Shown here: piece by piece, positions 9,157 to 19,874 of the stretch
Layout of the letters: the number at the start of each line of letters is the position of its first letter
How positions within the stretch are numbered: the first letter of the stretch is position 1
From: Patescibacteria group bacterium
Lineage (GTDB): Bacteria > Patescibacteriota > Minisyncoccia > Phycocordibacterales > PALSA-1337
Length of the DNA: 64,000 bases
NCBI GenBank assembly: GCA_040387635.1
Contig: JAZKDJ010000001.1
Span: 387,193 to 451,192 of the forward strand
Direction of reading: 5' to 3'
The notes under the pieces: generated by a model
Seen by the model: only the letters and a program-made list of their open reading frames with translations
Database searches by the model: none
Told to the model about the DNA's origin: nothing
Made by a program: the position numbers and the translations under genes

Positions 9157-9423
9157 ATGCTAACGACGAAACAGAAACAAAAGATCATCACTGTATCAGC
9201 TCGACACGACAAAGACACAGGTTCACCTGACGTCCAGGTCGCGATATTGAGCAAAAGGATTGATGAGCTTGCAAGTCACCTCAAGAAACACAAGCAGGAC
9301 AATCACTCACGAAGAGGATTGCTCGCCATGGTGGCAAACAGACAGTCACACCTTTTGTATCTAAAGAAAAACGATCCAAAGAGGTACGCGACAGTGCTGA
9401 AGAAGCTCGACCTTAAGAAGTAA
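9157..9423 (+). CDS. rpsO: 30S ribosomal protein S15
   Basis: 88 aa: TGSPDVQVAILSKRIDELASHLKKHKQDNHSRRGLLAMVANRQSHLLYLKK. Confidence 0.95.
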   Translation: MLTTKQKQKIITVSARHDKDTGSPDVQVAILSKRIDELASHLKKHKQDNHSRRGLLAMVANRQSHLLYLKKNDPKRYATVLKKLDLKK

Positions 9424-9457
9424 TACGAAAGCCGCTATTACGCGGCTCGTATTATTT
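9422..9457 (+). terminator. Hairpin terminator after rpsO
   Basis: AATACGA-AA-GCCGC / TATTAC loop / GCGGC-TCGTATT followed by ATTTAT. Confidence 0.55.
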
Positions 9458-9600
9458 ATGGGGTAGATAAGATTTTGTTGAGAGTATTTTTATTAATGTG
9501 CGGTTTTTTGCGCACGCTACCTGGAATCTTCATTTTTCTTTTATAAGATGAAGTTATAATACAGACAGGTAAGCAAAGACAGTTAATTTTTTTATAATAT

Positions 9601-10224
9601 ATGGCAATAATTAAACATAAGGGCCAGCGAGTTGGAGTTTTCATAGATACACAGAATCTTTATCATTCAGGCAAAAACCTTTATAACGCAAAGGTGAATT
9701 TTGGACACATCGTGAAGGACGCAGTAGAAGATCGAGTGCTCATTAGAGCAATGGCGTACGTAATCACTACCGAAGCCGGTGACGAGAGGGCATTCTTTGA
9801 TGCTTTAACAAAGATGGGAATCGAAACTAAGACAAAAGATCTTCAAATATTCGCAGGAGGAAGCAAAAAAGCAGACTGGGACGTAGGATTGGCAGTAGAT
9901 GCTATTAAAATGGCTCCAAAAGTGGACGCTGTTATTCTTGTTTCAGGCGATGGAGACTTCGTTCCGCTCGTACAATACCTACAAACTCATGAAGGCTGTC
10001 AGGTGGAGGTGGTTTCATTTGGAAAATCGACATCAAGCAAGCTTATTGAGACAGCTGACGATTTCTACGACCTAGATCAGAATCCAAGAAAATATCTCAT
10101 TGGTAACTGGGGAATGAAGAAGAAACCAACTAATCACAGGGGACCAAAACACAATACAGCAACAAGCAATGGGGGAGATGAGAACGTAATCATCCACGGC
10201 ACGGATACAGACGGCATTATCTAA
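9601..10224 (+). CDS. NYN/LabA-like domain protein (predicted RNase fold)
   Basis: 207 aa: VGVFIDTQNLYHSGK...DWDVGLAVDA...ILVSGDGDFVPLV, the NYN acidic motifs, plus a basic/Gly-rich C-terminal tail. Confidence 0.75.
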   Translation: MAIIKHKGQRVGVFIDTQNLYHSGKNLYNAKVNFGHIVKDAVEDRVLIRAMAYVITTEAGDERAFFDALTKMGIETKTKDLQIFAGGSKKADWDVGLAVDAIKMAPKVDAVILVSGDGDFVPLVQYLQTHEGCQVEVVSFGKSTSSKLIETADDFYDLDQNPRKYLIGNWGMKKKPTNHRGPKHNTATSNGGDENVIIHGTDTDGII

Positions 10225-10269
10225 CATTTTCAAGATGGGTTTTTGTCATAAGTCTGATAAACTTATGAC

Positions 10270-12384
10270 ATGGACAAAAAAGTATTCTCGATCGAGCTAG
10301 GAGGGAAGACACTCGAAGTGGAATTCAACAATCTCGCTGAGCGTGCTCACGGCTCATGCATTGTACGATTAGGTAACAGTGTCATACTCGCCACAGCAGT
10401 CATGTCAAAGCACAAAAAAGAAGGTGCTGATTTTTTGCCTCTGCAAGTCGAGTACGAAGAAAAATTTTATGCCTCAGGACAAATCCTAGGATCTCGATTC
10501 ATGCGCAGGGAAGGGAAGCCGTCCGATGACGCCATACTCACAAGCAGAATTATTGATAGAACAATTCGACCGCTCTTTGATCAATGGATAAGAAATGAAA
10601 TCCAAGTGATCGTGAGTGTACTTTCCATGGATGAATACGATGCGGATATTTTAGGAATCTTGGGAGCTTCATTGGCACTTGGAACTTCTCCTATTCCATG
10701 GAACGGTCCTGTGGGTGGAATTAGGATTGCTAGGAAATCTGGAACAACAGAACTAATTGTTAATCCGTCTTTTGACGATCGAGAAAATCACGCTCTTGAT
10801 TTCGAGCTGATTGCCTGCGGCAGGCAAGGGAAGCTCAACATGATCGAGCTCGGCGGAAAGGAAATCAACGAAGACACAGCAACCGAAGCTTTGATTCTCG
10901 CAGAAGCAATAGTAAAAAAGCTCCAAACGTTTCAAGAGAAAATAATTTCTGAACTAGGTAAGAAAAAGATATCTATCCCTCAGCCTGAAACGCCAAAGGA
11001 AATAAAAAAGCTTTTTGCAAAAAACATTGAGCCTGTGCTTTCAAAATTCGTTTTCTCAAGCACACCTGGCGATTCTCAAATAGAGACTCTAAGACATACG
11101 TGGTTGGAAATAGTAGACGAGAAATATCCTGACGACGTATACGGTGAGATCCCTAATTATCTTTTTGAGGAAGTAGTTAACAGCTTAATTCACGAGCAAG
11201 CAATCGCTACGGGAAGGCGTGCAGATGGCAGGAAAGCTGATGAAATAAGGCCTTTACATATCCAAGCGGGGGGAGTCTCTGAAACTTTACACGGATCAGG
11301 AATATTTTATCGAGGACAGACACATATCTTTTCTGCTCTAACACTAGGTGGACCTAATGACGCACAAGTAATTGAAGGCATGGAAACAGCGACACATAAG
11401 CGCTTCATGCATCACTATAATTTTCCTCCATTTTCAACCGGAGAAACAGGCAAGGCAGGCGGACTCAATCGGCGCATGGTAGGGCACGGAGCACTCGCAG
11501 AAAAAGCACTCATACCTGTCATTCCTGCGAAAGAAATTTTCCCATATACAATCCGAATCGTCTCGGAAGCTTTCACATCGAATGGGTCAACTTCTATGGC
11601 CTCAGTGTGCGGAGGAACTATAGCCCTCATGGATGCAGGCGTCCCTATTCTTCGTCCTGTAGCAGGAATTTCAGTAGGTGTCATGATCAAAGACGAGACA
11701 ACTTACAAACTACTGACAGACCTTCAGGGACCAGAGGATCACTACGGTGACATGGATTTCAAAGTAGCTGGAACACGAGAGGGAATTACAGCTGTGCAAA
11801 TGGATGTAAAAGTTAAAGGCATTTCTATATCAATCCTCAAAGAAGCATTTGAAAAAGCAAACATCGCAAGAAAAAAAATTCTTGATGAGATTTCACTTGT
11901 CATCAAAGAACCAAGAAAGAACATATCTTCGTATGCTCCAAAAATTCTTACCTGCAAGATAAAAACAGATCAGATCGGAATGATAATAGGTCCTGGCGGA
12001 AAGACGATCAATAATATTAAAGACACTACAAAAGTAGAGGGAATCGACGTCGATGATGATGGAACTGTTTTCATCACAGGCAAGCATGGCAGCGCAGAGA
12101 AGGCGCTCGAGATGATTCTAGGAATGACTCATGAATACAAAGTTGGAGAAAAGTTTACTGGCGTTGTAGTTAAACTTGTTGAGTTCGGAGCATTTGTAAA
12201 AATAGCATCAGGCACAGAAGGTCTTGTACATGCATCTGAGATAGCTAGCTTCAAAGTGGATAACGTTCATGACTACCTAAAAGAAGGGGACAAAGTACCT
12301 GTTATAATCAAGGAAATCGATGAGAAGAAAAGATTGAACCTTTCAATAAAGGAAGCCGACAAAGATTTCATAAAAAAGAAATAG
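10270..12384 (+). CDS. pnp: Polyribonucleotide nucleotidyltransferase (PNPase)
   Basis: 704 aa with two RNase PH domains, a KH motif (GPGGKTINNIK) and an S1 domain (GEKFTGVVVKLVEFGAFVKI). Confidence 0.95.
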   Translation: MDKKVFSIELGGKTLEVEFNNLAERAHGSCIVRLGNSVILATAVMSKHKKEGADFLPLQVEYEEKFYASGQILGSRFMRREGKPSDDAILTSRIIDRTIRPLFDQWIRNEIQVIVSVLSMDEYDADILGILGASLALGTSPIPWNGPVGGIRIARKSGTTELIVNPSFDDRENHALDFELIACGRQGKLNMIELGGKEINEDTATEALILAEAIVKKLQTFQEKIISELGKKKISIPQPETPKEIKKLFAKNIEPVLSKFVFSSTPGDSQIETLRHTWLEIVDEKYPDDVYGEIPNYLFEEVVNSLIHEQAIATGRRADGRKADEIRPLHIQAGGVSETLHGSGIFYRGQTHIFSALTLGGPNDAQVIEGMETATHKRFMHHYNFPPFSTGETGKAGGLNRRMVGHGALAEKALIPVIPAKEIFPYTIRIVSEAFTSNGSTSMASVCGGTIALMDAGVPILRPVAGISVGVMIKDETTYKLLTDLQGPEDHYGDMDFKVAGTREGITAVQMDVKVKGISISILKEAFEKANIARKKILDEISLVIKEPRKNISSYAPKILTCKIKTDQIGMIIGPGGKTINNIKDTTKVEGIDVDDDGTVFITGKHGSAEKALEMILGMTHEYKVGEKFTGVVVKLVEFGAFVKIASGTEGLVHASEIASFKVDNVHDYLKEGDKVPVIIKEIDEKKRLNLSIKEADKDFIKKK

Positions 12385-12390
12385 AAATAG

Positions 12391-13659
12391 ATGGAACCGT
12401 CCTCTTCAAACCCAATACCCCCAGCGCCTCCCAAGCCGCCTTCACCTCCACCACCGAGGCCGCCTACAGCTGTACCTGTGCCACCTCCACCGAAACCACC
12501 CGCACCTCCGGCGCCTATTGCGCCATCTATACCTATACCACCAAGACCTTCGAACAACTCAAACCAACAAACAGAAGCACCTGCAGTTCCGACTCCACCT
12601 CGGCCGCCTAAGAGGCAGCCTGTTGAGGTCCCAATGTACAACCAGACTCTGGCACAGAAAATGCAGAGGTCAGGAAATGACAGTCTCGAGAGCGCGCAGG
12701 AAGAGATTGTAGGGTACAACAAACCAAAAGCAGTATACGAACAAACAATTGCACCGACAGTTGCCAAGCAGATTCCAAGCATTCGTACTTTTCAGAGCGA
12801 TAGTGCTGAGACCATCCAAACCAAGCAAACATCGCTTGCACACATGGTAATAGCAGAGCACTCCCGAAATAACGAACATGGAGATTCCATAATCACCAAC
12901 ACTGAACCTGTTGGTAGTTCAGATATCAAAAAAGGCATTGCACTAGTTTTGAGTTTAATATTAGTAGCATCAGGTGTTTATGGGGGACTATATCTATACC
13001 GAAAGAGCATTGCCAATTCCAACCCAATCACAGTTATCGAAGAAGATGAGTTCTTGGGTAACATCCTAGAACCTAGGAAACAACTCGTGCTACCAGCTGG
13101 AACAAATATCAAAGGCAATTTAAACGCTCTCCTCAACGATAATGCAGCCCTGAACATTGGTCTTGGTGAAATTGCAGAGATAATTATCACCAAAGATCAG
13201 GCGAACCCAGAAGAGGGCAAGGTTAGCATCCCTGAATTCCTCGCATCAGTTGGCTCAAAAGCACCATCAACACTCATTAGAGCTCTTACACCCGACTATC
13301 TGATCGGCGTTTACAAAACTGCTGACAAGGTTCCTTTCATCATCCTTAGGAACAATAACTTCCAAAACAGCTATGCTGGGCTCTTATTATGGGAACAGGA
13401 CATGTACGACGATATTTCATGGTTTATGCGAACACGAACCGCCTCAAGTACGGAGCTAGTGTCTTTCACAAGTACCAATCCTTTCTCAGACGACCTCGTT
13501 AAAAACAAGGATACACGGGTCTTAAAAGACGATAGCGGTATTGAGCTGATTTCCTATGCTTTTGCTGACCAAAATACTATTGTTATTACGCCAAATACTG
13601 ATACTTTGGCTCAAATCCTTACAATTCTTGAGAAACAGGCATTCATTAGAAGGAGGTAG
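12391..13659 (+). CDS. Hypothetical single-pass membrane protein with a proline-rich N-terminus
   Basis: 422 aa. The first ~80 aa are PxP-rich low complexity, followed by one TM (GIALVLSLILVASGVYGGLYLY) and a ~220 aa C-terminal domain with no family I recognise. Confidence 0.6.
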   Translation: MEPSSSNPIPPAPPKPPSPPPPRPPTAVPVPPPPKPPAPPAPIAPSIPIPPRPSNNSNQQTEAPAVPTPPRPPKRQPVEVPMYNQTLAQKMQRSGNDSLESAQEEIVGYNKPKAVYEQTIAPTVAKQIPSIRTFQSDSAETIQTKQTSLAHMVIAEHSRNNEHGDSIITNTEPVGSSDIKKGIALVLSLILVASGVYGGLYLYRKSIANSNPITVIEEDEFLGNILEPRKQLVLPAGTNIKGNLNALLNDNAALNIGLGEIAEIIITKDQANPEEGKVSIPEFLASVGSKAPSTLIRALTPDYLIGVYKTADKVPFIILRNNNFQNSYAGLLLWEQDMYDDISWFMRTRTASSTELVSFTSTNPFSDDLVKNKDTRVLKDDSGIELISYAFADQNTIVITPNTDTLAQILTILEKQAFIRRR

Positions 13660-13694
13660 AAAAAAAGCCAAACATATACTATAATCACGGTATT

Positions 13695-14072
13695 ATGAAC
13701 AAAAGAGACTTAGAGTATTTCAAGAAAAAACTAGAGAAAGAAAAAATACTTCTTGAAGAAGAGCTCAAGACAATTGGTAGAGTAAATCCGGCCAATCCTA
13801 ACGAATGGCAGCCTGGACCTGTGAACATGGACATCGATACAGCTGACGAAAATGAAGTCGCTGACAAGTTCGAAGAGTACGAGGAAAACAATGTCATCCT
13901 CGAACAGCTCGAGACTCAGATGAAAGATGTTCAGGCAGCACTCGCAAAGATGGAATCAGGAGCGTATGGAATCTGCGAAATTTCTGGCGAGCCAATTGAG
14001 AAGGAACGACTAGAGGCAAACCCTGCAGCACGAACTTCCATAAAGCACATGAGACCTCCTCAGCAAGTATAA
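13695..14072 (+). CDS. DksA/TraR-family protein with a degenerate zinc finger
   Basis: 125 aa with an acidic coiled-coil N-terminal part and C-terminal ...ESGAYGICEISGEPIEKERLEANPAARTS. Only one Cys remains where a C4 finger is expected. Confidence 0.65.
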   Translation: MNKRDLEYFKKKLEKEKILLEEELKTIGRVNPANPNEWQPGPVNMDIDTADENEVADKFEEYEENNVILEQLETQMKDVQAALAKMESGAYGICEISGEPIEKERLEANPAARTSIKHMRPPQQV

Positions 14073-14094
14073 AGAGTTATAGAAGTATCAACTT

Positions 14095-14129
14095 AAAAAA
14101 TAAAGAACTTTAAAAGTTCTTTATTTTTT
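14095..14129. terminator. Bidirectional rho-independent terminator
   Basis: AAAAAATAAAGAACTT-TAA-AAGTTCTTTATTTTTT, a near-perfect palindrome with A and T tracts. Confidence 0.7.
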
Positions 14130-14158
14130 ATTTAGGGTGCGTCAGATATGATGCACCG

Positions 14159-15697
14159 ATGCCTTTCATAAAAATTACCAGTGCCTACAACTCGTATTCA
14201 ACCTCCAGTATTGTTGATGTAGAAATTGATGTATCACTAGGGTTGCATTCATTCTCAATTATCGGCCTGACAGACAAATCAATAAACGAAGCAAAAGAAA
14301 GAGTCTCGTCAGCTATTCAAAACAGCGGATTCATTCCTCCACGACACAAGAATCACAACATCGTTGTATCACTATCACCGTCACATATCAAAAAAGAGGG
14401 GACATCATTCGACCTTGCTATAGCTCTCAGTTATTTAATAACAACAGGCCAGGTCAAAACTAATTCATCTCGCATCGTTGTCTTGGGTGAACTGTCTCTC
14501 AATGGAGAAATCAAATCCATTCCCAGAATTCTACCTATGATATTGGAAGCCCAGAAACACGGATACACCCACATTCTCATTCCTGAAGGAAACATTCCAG
14601 AGGCATCCATAGTTGAAGATATAACAATATTTGCAGCAACCTCACTCAGTACACTCTGCATGAATGGAGAAATGAATCTTAACCCCATCCAACTAAAATC
14701 ACCCGAGAAGATCATACCTTTCAACGAAAAAATTGCTTCGAAATATCCTGACATGTCAGATATCAAAAGCAACCCTCTTGGCAAACGAGCTATAGAAATT
14801 GCGGCATCTGGGGGACACAACATTATTTTGTATGGCCCTCCAGGAAGCGGCAAGACAATGCTCGCTGAAGCAATGGCAGGGATCTTGCCACCACTTACGC
14901 GAGAAGAAGCTCTCGAAGTAACATGCATTCACGCTCTATCCGGAGAACTCGCTGAGCCCTACATCACACATCCACCTTTCAGGACGCCGCATCACACAAC
15001 GACGCGCATCGCCTGCATTGGAGGTGGCTCACATCCAAGACCAGGAGAGATAACTTTGGCACACAAAGGAATACTTTTCTTAGATGAACTTCCAGAGTTC
15101 AAAATTGAAACTCTCAATGCGTTGCGACAACCACTTGAATCCAAGAATGTTTCTATATTGCGCGGAGGTATCAATGTGAAGTTTCCAGCTGATTTTATTT
15201 TCGTTGGAGCAATGAATATGTGTCCATGCGGAAACTTCACATCCAAACTAAAGCAGTGCGTATGTAGTGAGAGAAGTATCCAAAAATACTTAAGCAAACT
15301 CCCAGAGCCGTTCATCGACAGGATTGATATGTGGATGCATGTTGGCTATCAAGGACAACACTCTAGCAATGAAGCTGACGGAAGCGAAGCTACCAGCATC
15401 GAACTCCAACAAAAGATTATTGAGACGCGCACCAAGCAGAAGGAAAGACATACAAAAATGTTTGGGTACTCACATCTTAACAATAGGCTGACTTCAGATC
15501 AGATTACAAAAGCTTCCCGCATATCACCTGAGGCGAATTCTTTTTTTGTGAGCGCGTCTGCAAATCTCAAACTAACCCATCGGTCTTTGTATAAAGTTTT
15601 GAAAGTGGCAAGAACCATTGCTGACATGTCACGGTCAGACACAATCGAAAAGGAGCACCTCCTCGAGGCGCTCCAATATCGTCCTAAATTAAAATAG
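14159..15697 (+). CDS. comM: YifB/ComM family Mg-chelatase-like ATPase
   Basis: 512 aa with an N-terminal Lon-like domain, Walker A GPPGSGKTMLA, Walker B ILFLDELPEF and a C-terminal ChlI-like region. Confidence 0.88.
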   Translation: MPFIKITSAYNSYSTSSIVDVEIDVSLGLHSFSIIGLTDKSINEAKERVSSAIQNSGFIPPRHKNHNIVVSLSPSHIKKEGTSFDLAIALSYLITTGQVKTNSSRIVVLGELSLNGEIKSIPRILPMILEAQKHGYTHILIPEGNIPEASIVEDITIFAATSLSTLCMNGEMNLNPIQLKSPEKIIPFNEKIASKYPDMSDIKSNPLGKRAIEIAASGGHNIILYGPPGSGKTMLAEAMAGILPPLTREEALEVTCIHALSGELAEPYITHPPFRTPHHTTTRIACIGGGSHPRPGEITLAHKGILFLDELPEFKIETLNALRQPLESKNVSILRGGINVKFPADFIFVGAMNMCPCGNFTSKLKQCVCSERSIQKYLSKLPEPFIDRIDMWMHVGYQGQHSSNEADGSEATSIELQQKIIETRTKQKERHTKMFGYSHLNNRLTSDQITKASRISPEANSFFVSASANLKLTHRSLYKVLKVARTIADMSRSDTIEKEHLLEALQYRPKLK

Positions 15698-15702
15698 GAA
15701 TT

Positions 15703-16785
15703 TTAGAATGGGTTACGAGCTCCTCGAACCTCGAAGTGAAGATGAGGACCTGTTGATTTTCCACTTGATCCAACTTTTCCAATAACCTGACCCTGCTTAA
15801 CCTTATCTCCTACAGATACCGCAACAGACTGTGCGTGAGAATAAAGAGTTTGAATTCCATTAGCGTGGGCTATAACGACATAGTTTCCGTAACCTCCGTT
15901 CCAACCGCTAGAAGCGCTAACGATAACCGTACCCGCTGCTGATGCATATATTGGAGATCCAGCAGAAGCTGCCAAGTCAACACCGTTATGACCGTGGATT
16001 CCCTGAGTTCTCTTATATGACTTAAGAGGCTTAGTAAGGATGTTCTCGGCTACGCTAGCAATCTTTGAAACAGTATTAGCGACCTTAGTTGCAATACCGG
16101 CCTTAGGAACAGGAGCTGAGAATTCAGCATCAGGAATCATTAGAGTATCACCCACTGAAAGGATGGCATTTCCAGAAATATCGTTGAATGACAAGACTTC
16201 TTTGAGATCAGCATTGTACTTCTTGACGATAGTCTCAAGTGTTTCACCCTTAGCAATCTTGTGGCGAATACCTGAAATAGGGAGGATCACGAGATTCTGT
16301 CCTTCTTTGAGGGTTGTAGCTCTACTTAAATTGTTAGCCCAAAGGATAGTATTCACTGTCACATCAAACATTTCGGCAATTGTCTCAATAGTATCGCCCT
16401 GGCGTACTAGATATGTGCTGATCTGAGTGCTTTTCTCATCATTTTCAAGGTCAGCAAGTGTAGAAGACGGTCCAGCTTCGGCCATTAGGGCACTTCCTGA
16501 GACAATTAAAAGATCCGGCTCAGCCTTGATAGGGTCCGGATCGATGTTTACTGCAGCATGGAGAAGGGGGGCAGCAGTGATAGAAACGTTAGTAAAAGCA
16601 CCTTCTTCCTCAACCTGAGCTGATACTTTATCTCCCTTGAAAAATCCACTTAAAAATGAACCTAAACTAGCTTCTGCAGAACGCGGATACGCTACTAATA
16701 CGCCAATAATAAGCACGACTGGAATGAAAATTCCAAAGATATTTTTTATGAACATGAGATTAACGTTCGAAAGTTTTTTTATCAT
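15703..16785 (-). CDS. LysM-domain M23 family peptidoglycan endopeptidase
   Basis: 360 aa with an N-terminal TM/signal, LysM repeats (YLVRQGDTIETIAEMF..., HKIAKGETLETIVKKY...) and M23 motifs HNGVDLAA...GPHLHFEVR. Confidence 0.88.
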   Translation of the reverse strand: MIKKLSNVNLMFIKNIFGIFIPVVLIIGVLVAYPRSAEASLGSFLSGFFKGDKVSAQVEEEGAFTNVSITAAPLLHAAVNIDPDPIKAEPDLLIVSGSALMAEAGPSSTLADLENDEKSTQISTYLVRQGDTIETIAEMFDVTVNTILWANNLSRATTLKEGQNLVILPISGIRHKIAKGETLETIVKKYNADLKEVLSFNDISGNAILSVGDTLMIPDAEFSAPVPKAGIATKVANTVSKIASVAENILTKPLKSYKRTQGIHGHNGVDLAASAGSPIYASAAGTVIVSASSGWNGGYGNYVVIAHANGIQTLYSHAQSVAVSVGDKVKQGQVIGKVGSSGKSTGPHLHFEVRGARNPF

Positions 16786-17044
16786 AGAGTAAGCGGCTCG
16801 TCCAGTGTTTCTATCGTGATCTATCTAGTTCGGAAGAATCTATCGTTTAAATTATATGGCCCTATTGAGCCCTTATTTAAAGCGCAGCCGTGTGCACGCT
16901 CATTAAGGATACCCGATAGGATTTTTATGTCAACGACTGGTTGAGCCATATTTTATTGCGCATATTTATACAATCTAAGTCAACATAATCTATTGACGAC
17001 GCCATATAATTATTATAAATAATGAATTTGAATCTGATATAATC

Positions 17045-19003
17045 ATGATCCTTATGGCTCATACCGCTCTATTAGGACTAAATGATCGTCAAAAAGAGGC
17101 TGTTTCTACTACAGAAGGCCCTCTTCTTATCCTTGCGGGAGCCGGAGCAGGTAAAACAAAGACCCTAACCCATCGCATACTCCATTTGGTCCAAAAAGGC
17201 ATCGAACCACGCAAAATCCTTGCTATCACGTTTACCAACAAAGCAGCCAAAGAAATGCGAGAAAGAGTAGAGCACCTCATATCATCAGATGGTACTCTCA
17301 ACCTCCCAATATCATTTAACGAGAGACCTTTCACCAGCACATTCCATAGCTTAGGAGTTCATATCATCCGACAGCACGGCAACCTAATCGGCATTCCAAG
17401 ATCATTCAGCATACTTGATCGTACCGATAGCCGAAGAATTGTTCGCGAAGCCCTAGAAGAGTTGAAGCTCGATCCTAAGGAGCACAAGCCGGACAGTATC
17501 CTGAATATGATATCCCGCGAAAAGGGTAACTACGTGACACAGGCTTCATTCCAAAACCGAACTCTTTCTCCATTTGAGGAGATCGTTAGCGAGTGCTGGA
17601 AACGATACGAAGCTGCTCTCATCAAAGAGAAATCTCTAGACTTTGATGACCTACTCCTCAAGACGGCACAGCTACTTGTTACCAACCAAGAGGTGAGGGA
17701 GTACTACTGGAACATCTGGCAATACATCCACATCGACGAGTACCAGGACACCAACAAAGTTCAATACGTCATCGCAACAACCCTAGCTGAAAAGAGCAAG
17801 AACATCTGCGCAGTGGGGGACATTGATCAGACCATCTATAGCTGGAGAGGAGCAGACATCCGAAACATCTTAAATTTCGAAAAAGATTATCCTGAAGCTA
17901 AGGTAATTCTTCTAGAAGAAAACTACAGATCAACACAAACTATCCTCACAGCAGCAAACTCCGTCATCAAGAAAAACAAAATGCGAAAAGAAAAAAATCT
18001 TTTCACACGTAATGAAGATGGAGAAAAAATTAAACTCGAAATTCTCTACAACGAAGTTGAAGAGGCAAGAAGTGTGGGACAAAACATCAGAGATCTCATT
18101 GATGGAGGATCATCTCCAAGCCAAATTGCAGTGCTCTACAGAGCCAATTTTCAGTCACGAGTACTTGAAGATGCAATGATCCGAGAAAACATTCCATATC
18201 AACTTTTGGGAGTAAAATTCTTCGAACGAAAGGAGGTTAAGGATGTGCTCTCATACATTCGTGCTGCTTTAAACCCTGACAGTGCGAGCGATATCACTCG
18301 AGTGATAAATACACCGACTCGAGGAATTGGAAAAACTACGCTCATAAAAGTTCTCGCGAACATGAGAGACACTCTTCCTGCTGCAACAAAAAATAAAGTT
18401 GATACATTTTATTCTATTCTCGATGAGATTCGAGCCCGATGCAGCACTGAAACTCCTTCAGAAACAGTACGCTGGGTACTCCGACTCTCCGGCATGGAGG
18501 CAGCTCTCAAAGCGGGAGGCTCCGAGGATGAAGAGCGATTGGAAAACGTTCGAGAAATCGTGTCGCTTGCTGCAACTAAGTACGACCATCTTCCACCTAT
18601 GGAAGGAATCGAAGCACTTCTCACTGACGCAGCACTTGCGAGTGATCAAGATGAAATGGAAGAAAAGAAAGATGCTGTTAGATTGATGACAGTACACGCA
18701 TCTAAAGGATTGGAGTTTGATAACGTTTGCATCGTTGGAATGGAAGAAGATCTTTTCCCGTATTCAAGAATGGACGAGAAAAGAGATCAGAACGGCGATG
18801 AGGAGGAGAGAAGACTTTTCTATGTTGCACTCACCAGAGCACGCAAGCGCCTCTATCTCACATGTTCCCAGATTAGAACCATCTTCGGTTCTCCAAAGGT
18901 GAATACAGTTTCACAGTTCATTAACGACATAAACTCAAACCTCATAGAAAGCACTGAACAGGAAGAACCTCGGGGAGTGAAAGCAATATTTATAGATTTC
19001 TAG
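17045..19003 (+). CDS. pcrA: UvrD/PcrA-family ATP-dependent DNA helicase
   Basis: 652 aa: LNDRQKEAV...AGAGAGKTKTLTHR, DEYQDTN, NYRST, VHASKGLEF, YVALTRA. An alternative ATG lies at 17054. Confidence 0.9.
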   Translation: MILMAHTALLGLNDRQKEAVSTTEGPLLILAGAGAGKTKTLTHRILHLVQKGIEPRKILAITFTNKAAKEMRERVEHLISSDGTLNLPISFNERPFTSTFHSLGVHIIRQHGNLIGIPRSFSILDRTDSRRIVREALEELKLDPKEHKPDSILNMISREKGNYVTQASFQNRTLSPFEEIVSECWKRYEAALIKEKSLDFDDLLLKTAQLLVTNQEVREYYWNIWQYIHIDEYQDTNKVQYVIATTLAEKSKNICAVGDIDQTIYSWRGADIRNILNFEKDYPEAKVILLEENYRSTQTILTAANSVIKKNKMRKEKNLFTRNEDGEKIKLEILYNEVEEARSVGQNIRDLIDGGSSPSQIAVLYRANFQSRVLEDAMIRENIPYQLLGVKFFERKEVKDVLSYIRAALNPDSASDITRVINTPTRGIGKTTLIKVLANMRDTLPAATKNKVDTFYSILDEIRARCSTETPSETVRWVLRLSGMEAALKAGGSEDEERLENVREIVSLAATKYDHLPPMEGIEALLTDAALASDQDEMEEKKDAVRLMTVHASKGLEFDNVCIVGMEEDLFPYSRMDEKRDQNGDEEERRLFYVALTRARKRLYLTCSQIRTIFGSPKVNTVSQFINDINSNLIESTEQEEPRGVKAIFIDF

Positions 19004-19025
19004 GAACTCTGCTATAGTTTGCGAA

Positions 19026-19820
19026 ATGAGAGCAAAAAAGTCCCTAGGACAGCATTTTCTCACCTCTCCACACATAGTTGAGAAGATAATAGCAGCTTCA
19101 GACTTGAAAAAAGGCGATTTGTCATTGGAAATCGGCCCTGGAACAGGTATTTTGACGAAAAAGATGCTTGAAACAGGCGCTTTTGTCATAGCTTGTGAGA
19201 AAGATGACCGAGCTATACCTATTTTGACTGAAAAATTCCAGAATTATATTGAAAGTGGCACGTTTACGCTTATCCATCACGATATCCTAACGCTGGATAT
19301 ATCAAAATATGGCCTAAAAGAAGGGCAGTACAAGCTAATCGCCAATATTCCTTATTATATTACCGGTGAAATTCTTGAGTATTTTCTTGAAAAGACGGCT
19401 CACCCGAGCGAAATGGTGCTCATGGTTCAGAAAGAAGTGGCTGACCGGATCATGGCTCGAGACGGAAAAGAGAGCATTTTGTCACTCAGCATCAAAATTT
19501 TTGGAAAACCTCAGTATATTAGCCATGTTTCACGAGGAAGTTTCAATCCACCACCAAATGTAGACTCTGCTGTTATTAAAATTTCAGAGATTTCCAAAAA
19601 ATTCTTCATTGAGCACCAAATTTTGACTCAAGATGCATTCCGAATCATAAAAACTGGCTTTGCCCACAAAAGGAAGCTTCTCATAAAGAATCTTGAGAAG
19701 ATTTTTGCAAAAGATAAGCTCGAGTCAGCCTGGAAGGAGACAGATCTCGACAGGAATATCCGCGCCGAAGACGTGAGCCTCGAAAAGTGGAAAACCCTCA
19801 TATATATATTATGTAAATAG
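19026..19820 (+). CDS. rsmA: 16S rRNA (adenine1518/1519-N6)-dimethyltransferase
   Basis: 264 aa: KKSLGQHFL...EIGPGTGILT...ANIPYYIT. Confidence 0.92.
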   Translation: MRAKKSLGQHFLTSPHIVEKIIAASDLKKGDLSLEIGPGTGILTKKMLETGAFVIACEKDDRAIPILTEKFQNYIESGTFTLIHHDILTLDISKYGLKEGQYKLIANIPYYITGEILEYFLEKTAHPSEMVLMVQKEVADRIMARDGKESILSLSIKIFGKPQYISHVSRGSFNPPPNVDSAVIKISEISKKFFIEHQILTQDAFRIIKTGFAHKRKLLIKNLEKIFAKDKLESAWKETDLDRNIRAEDVSLEKWKTLIYILCK

Positions 19821-19821
19821 A

Positions 19822-19830
19822 TGATATAAT
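19822..19830 (+). promoter_or_regulatory. Extended -10 element (TGATATAAT) ahead of the secretion-like locus
   Basis: Perfect TGnTATAAT 45 nt upstream of the ATG at 19875, with no clear -35. Motif match only. Confidence 0.35.
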
Positions 19831-19874
19831 TCGTTGGGAAATACTGCCTTGAACTACCCAAGAATTAAATCAGA

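Noticed and set aside
12273-12782. 169 aa Gly-rich ORF on the minus strand
   Set aside because: It is the mirror image of the Pro-rich (CCN-codon) N-terminus of the + strand gene at 12391-13659 and overlaps the pnp 3' end. It is a low-complexity shadow ORF.
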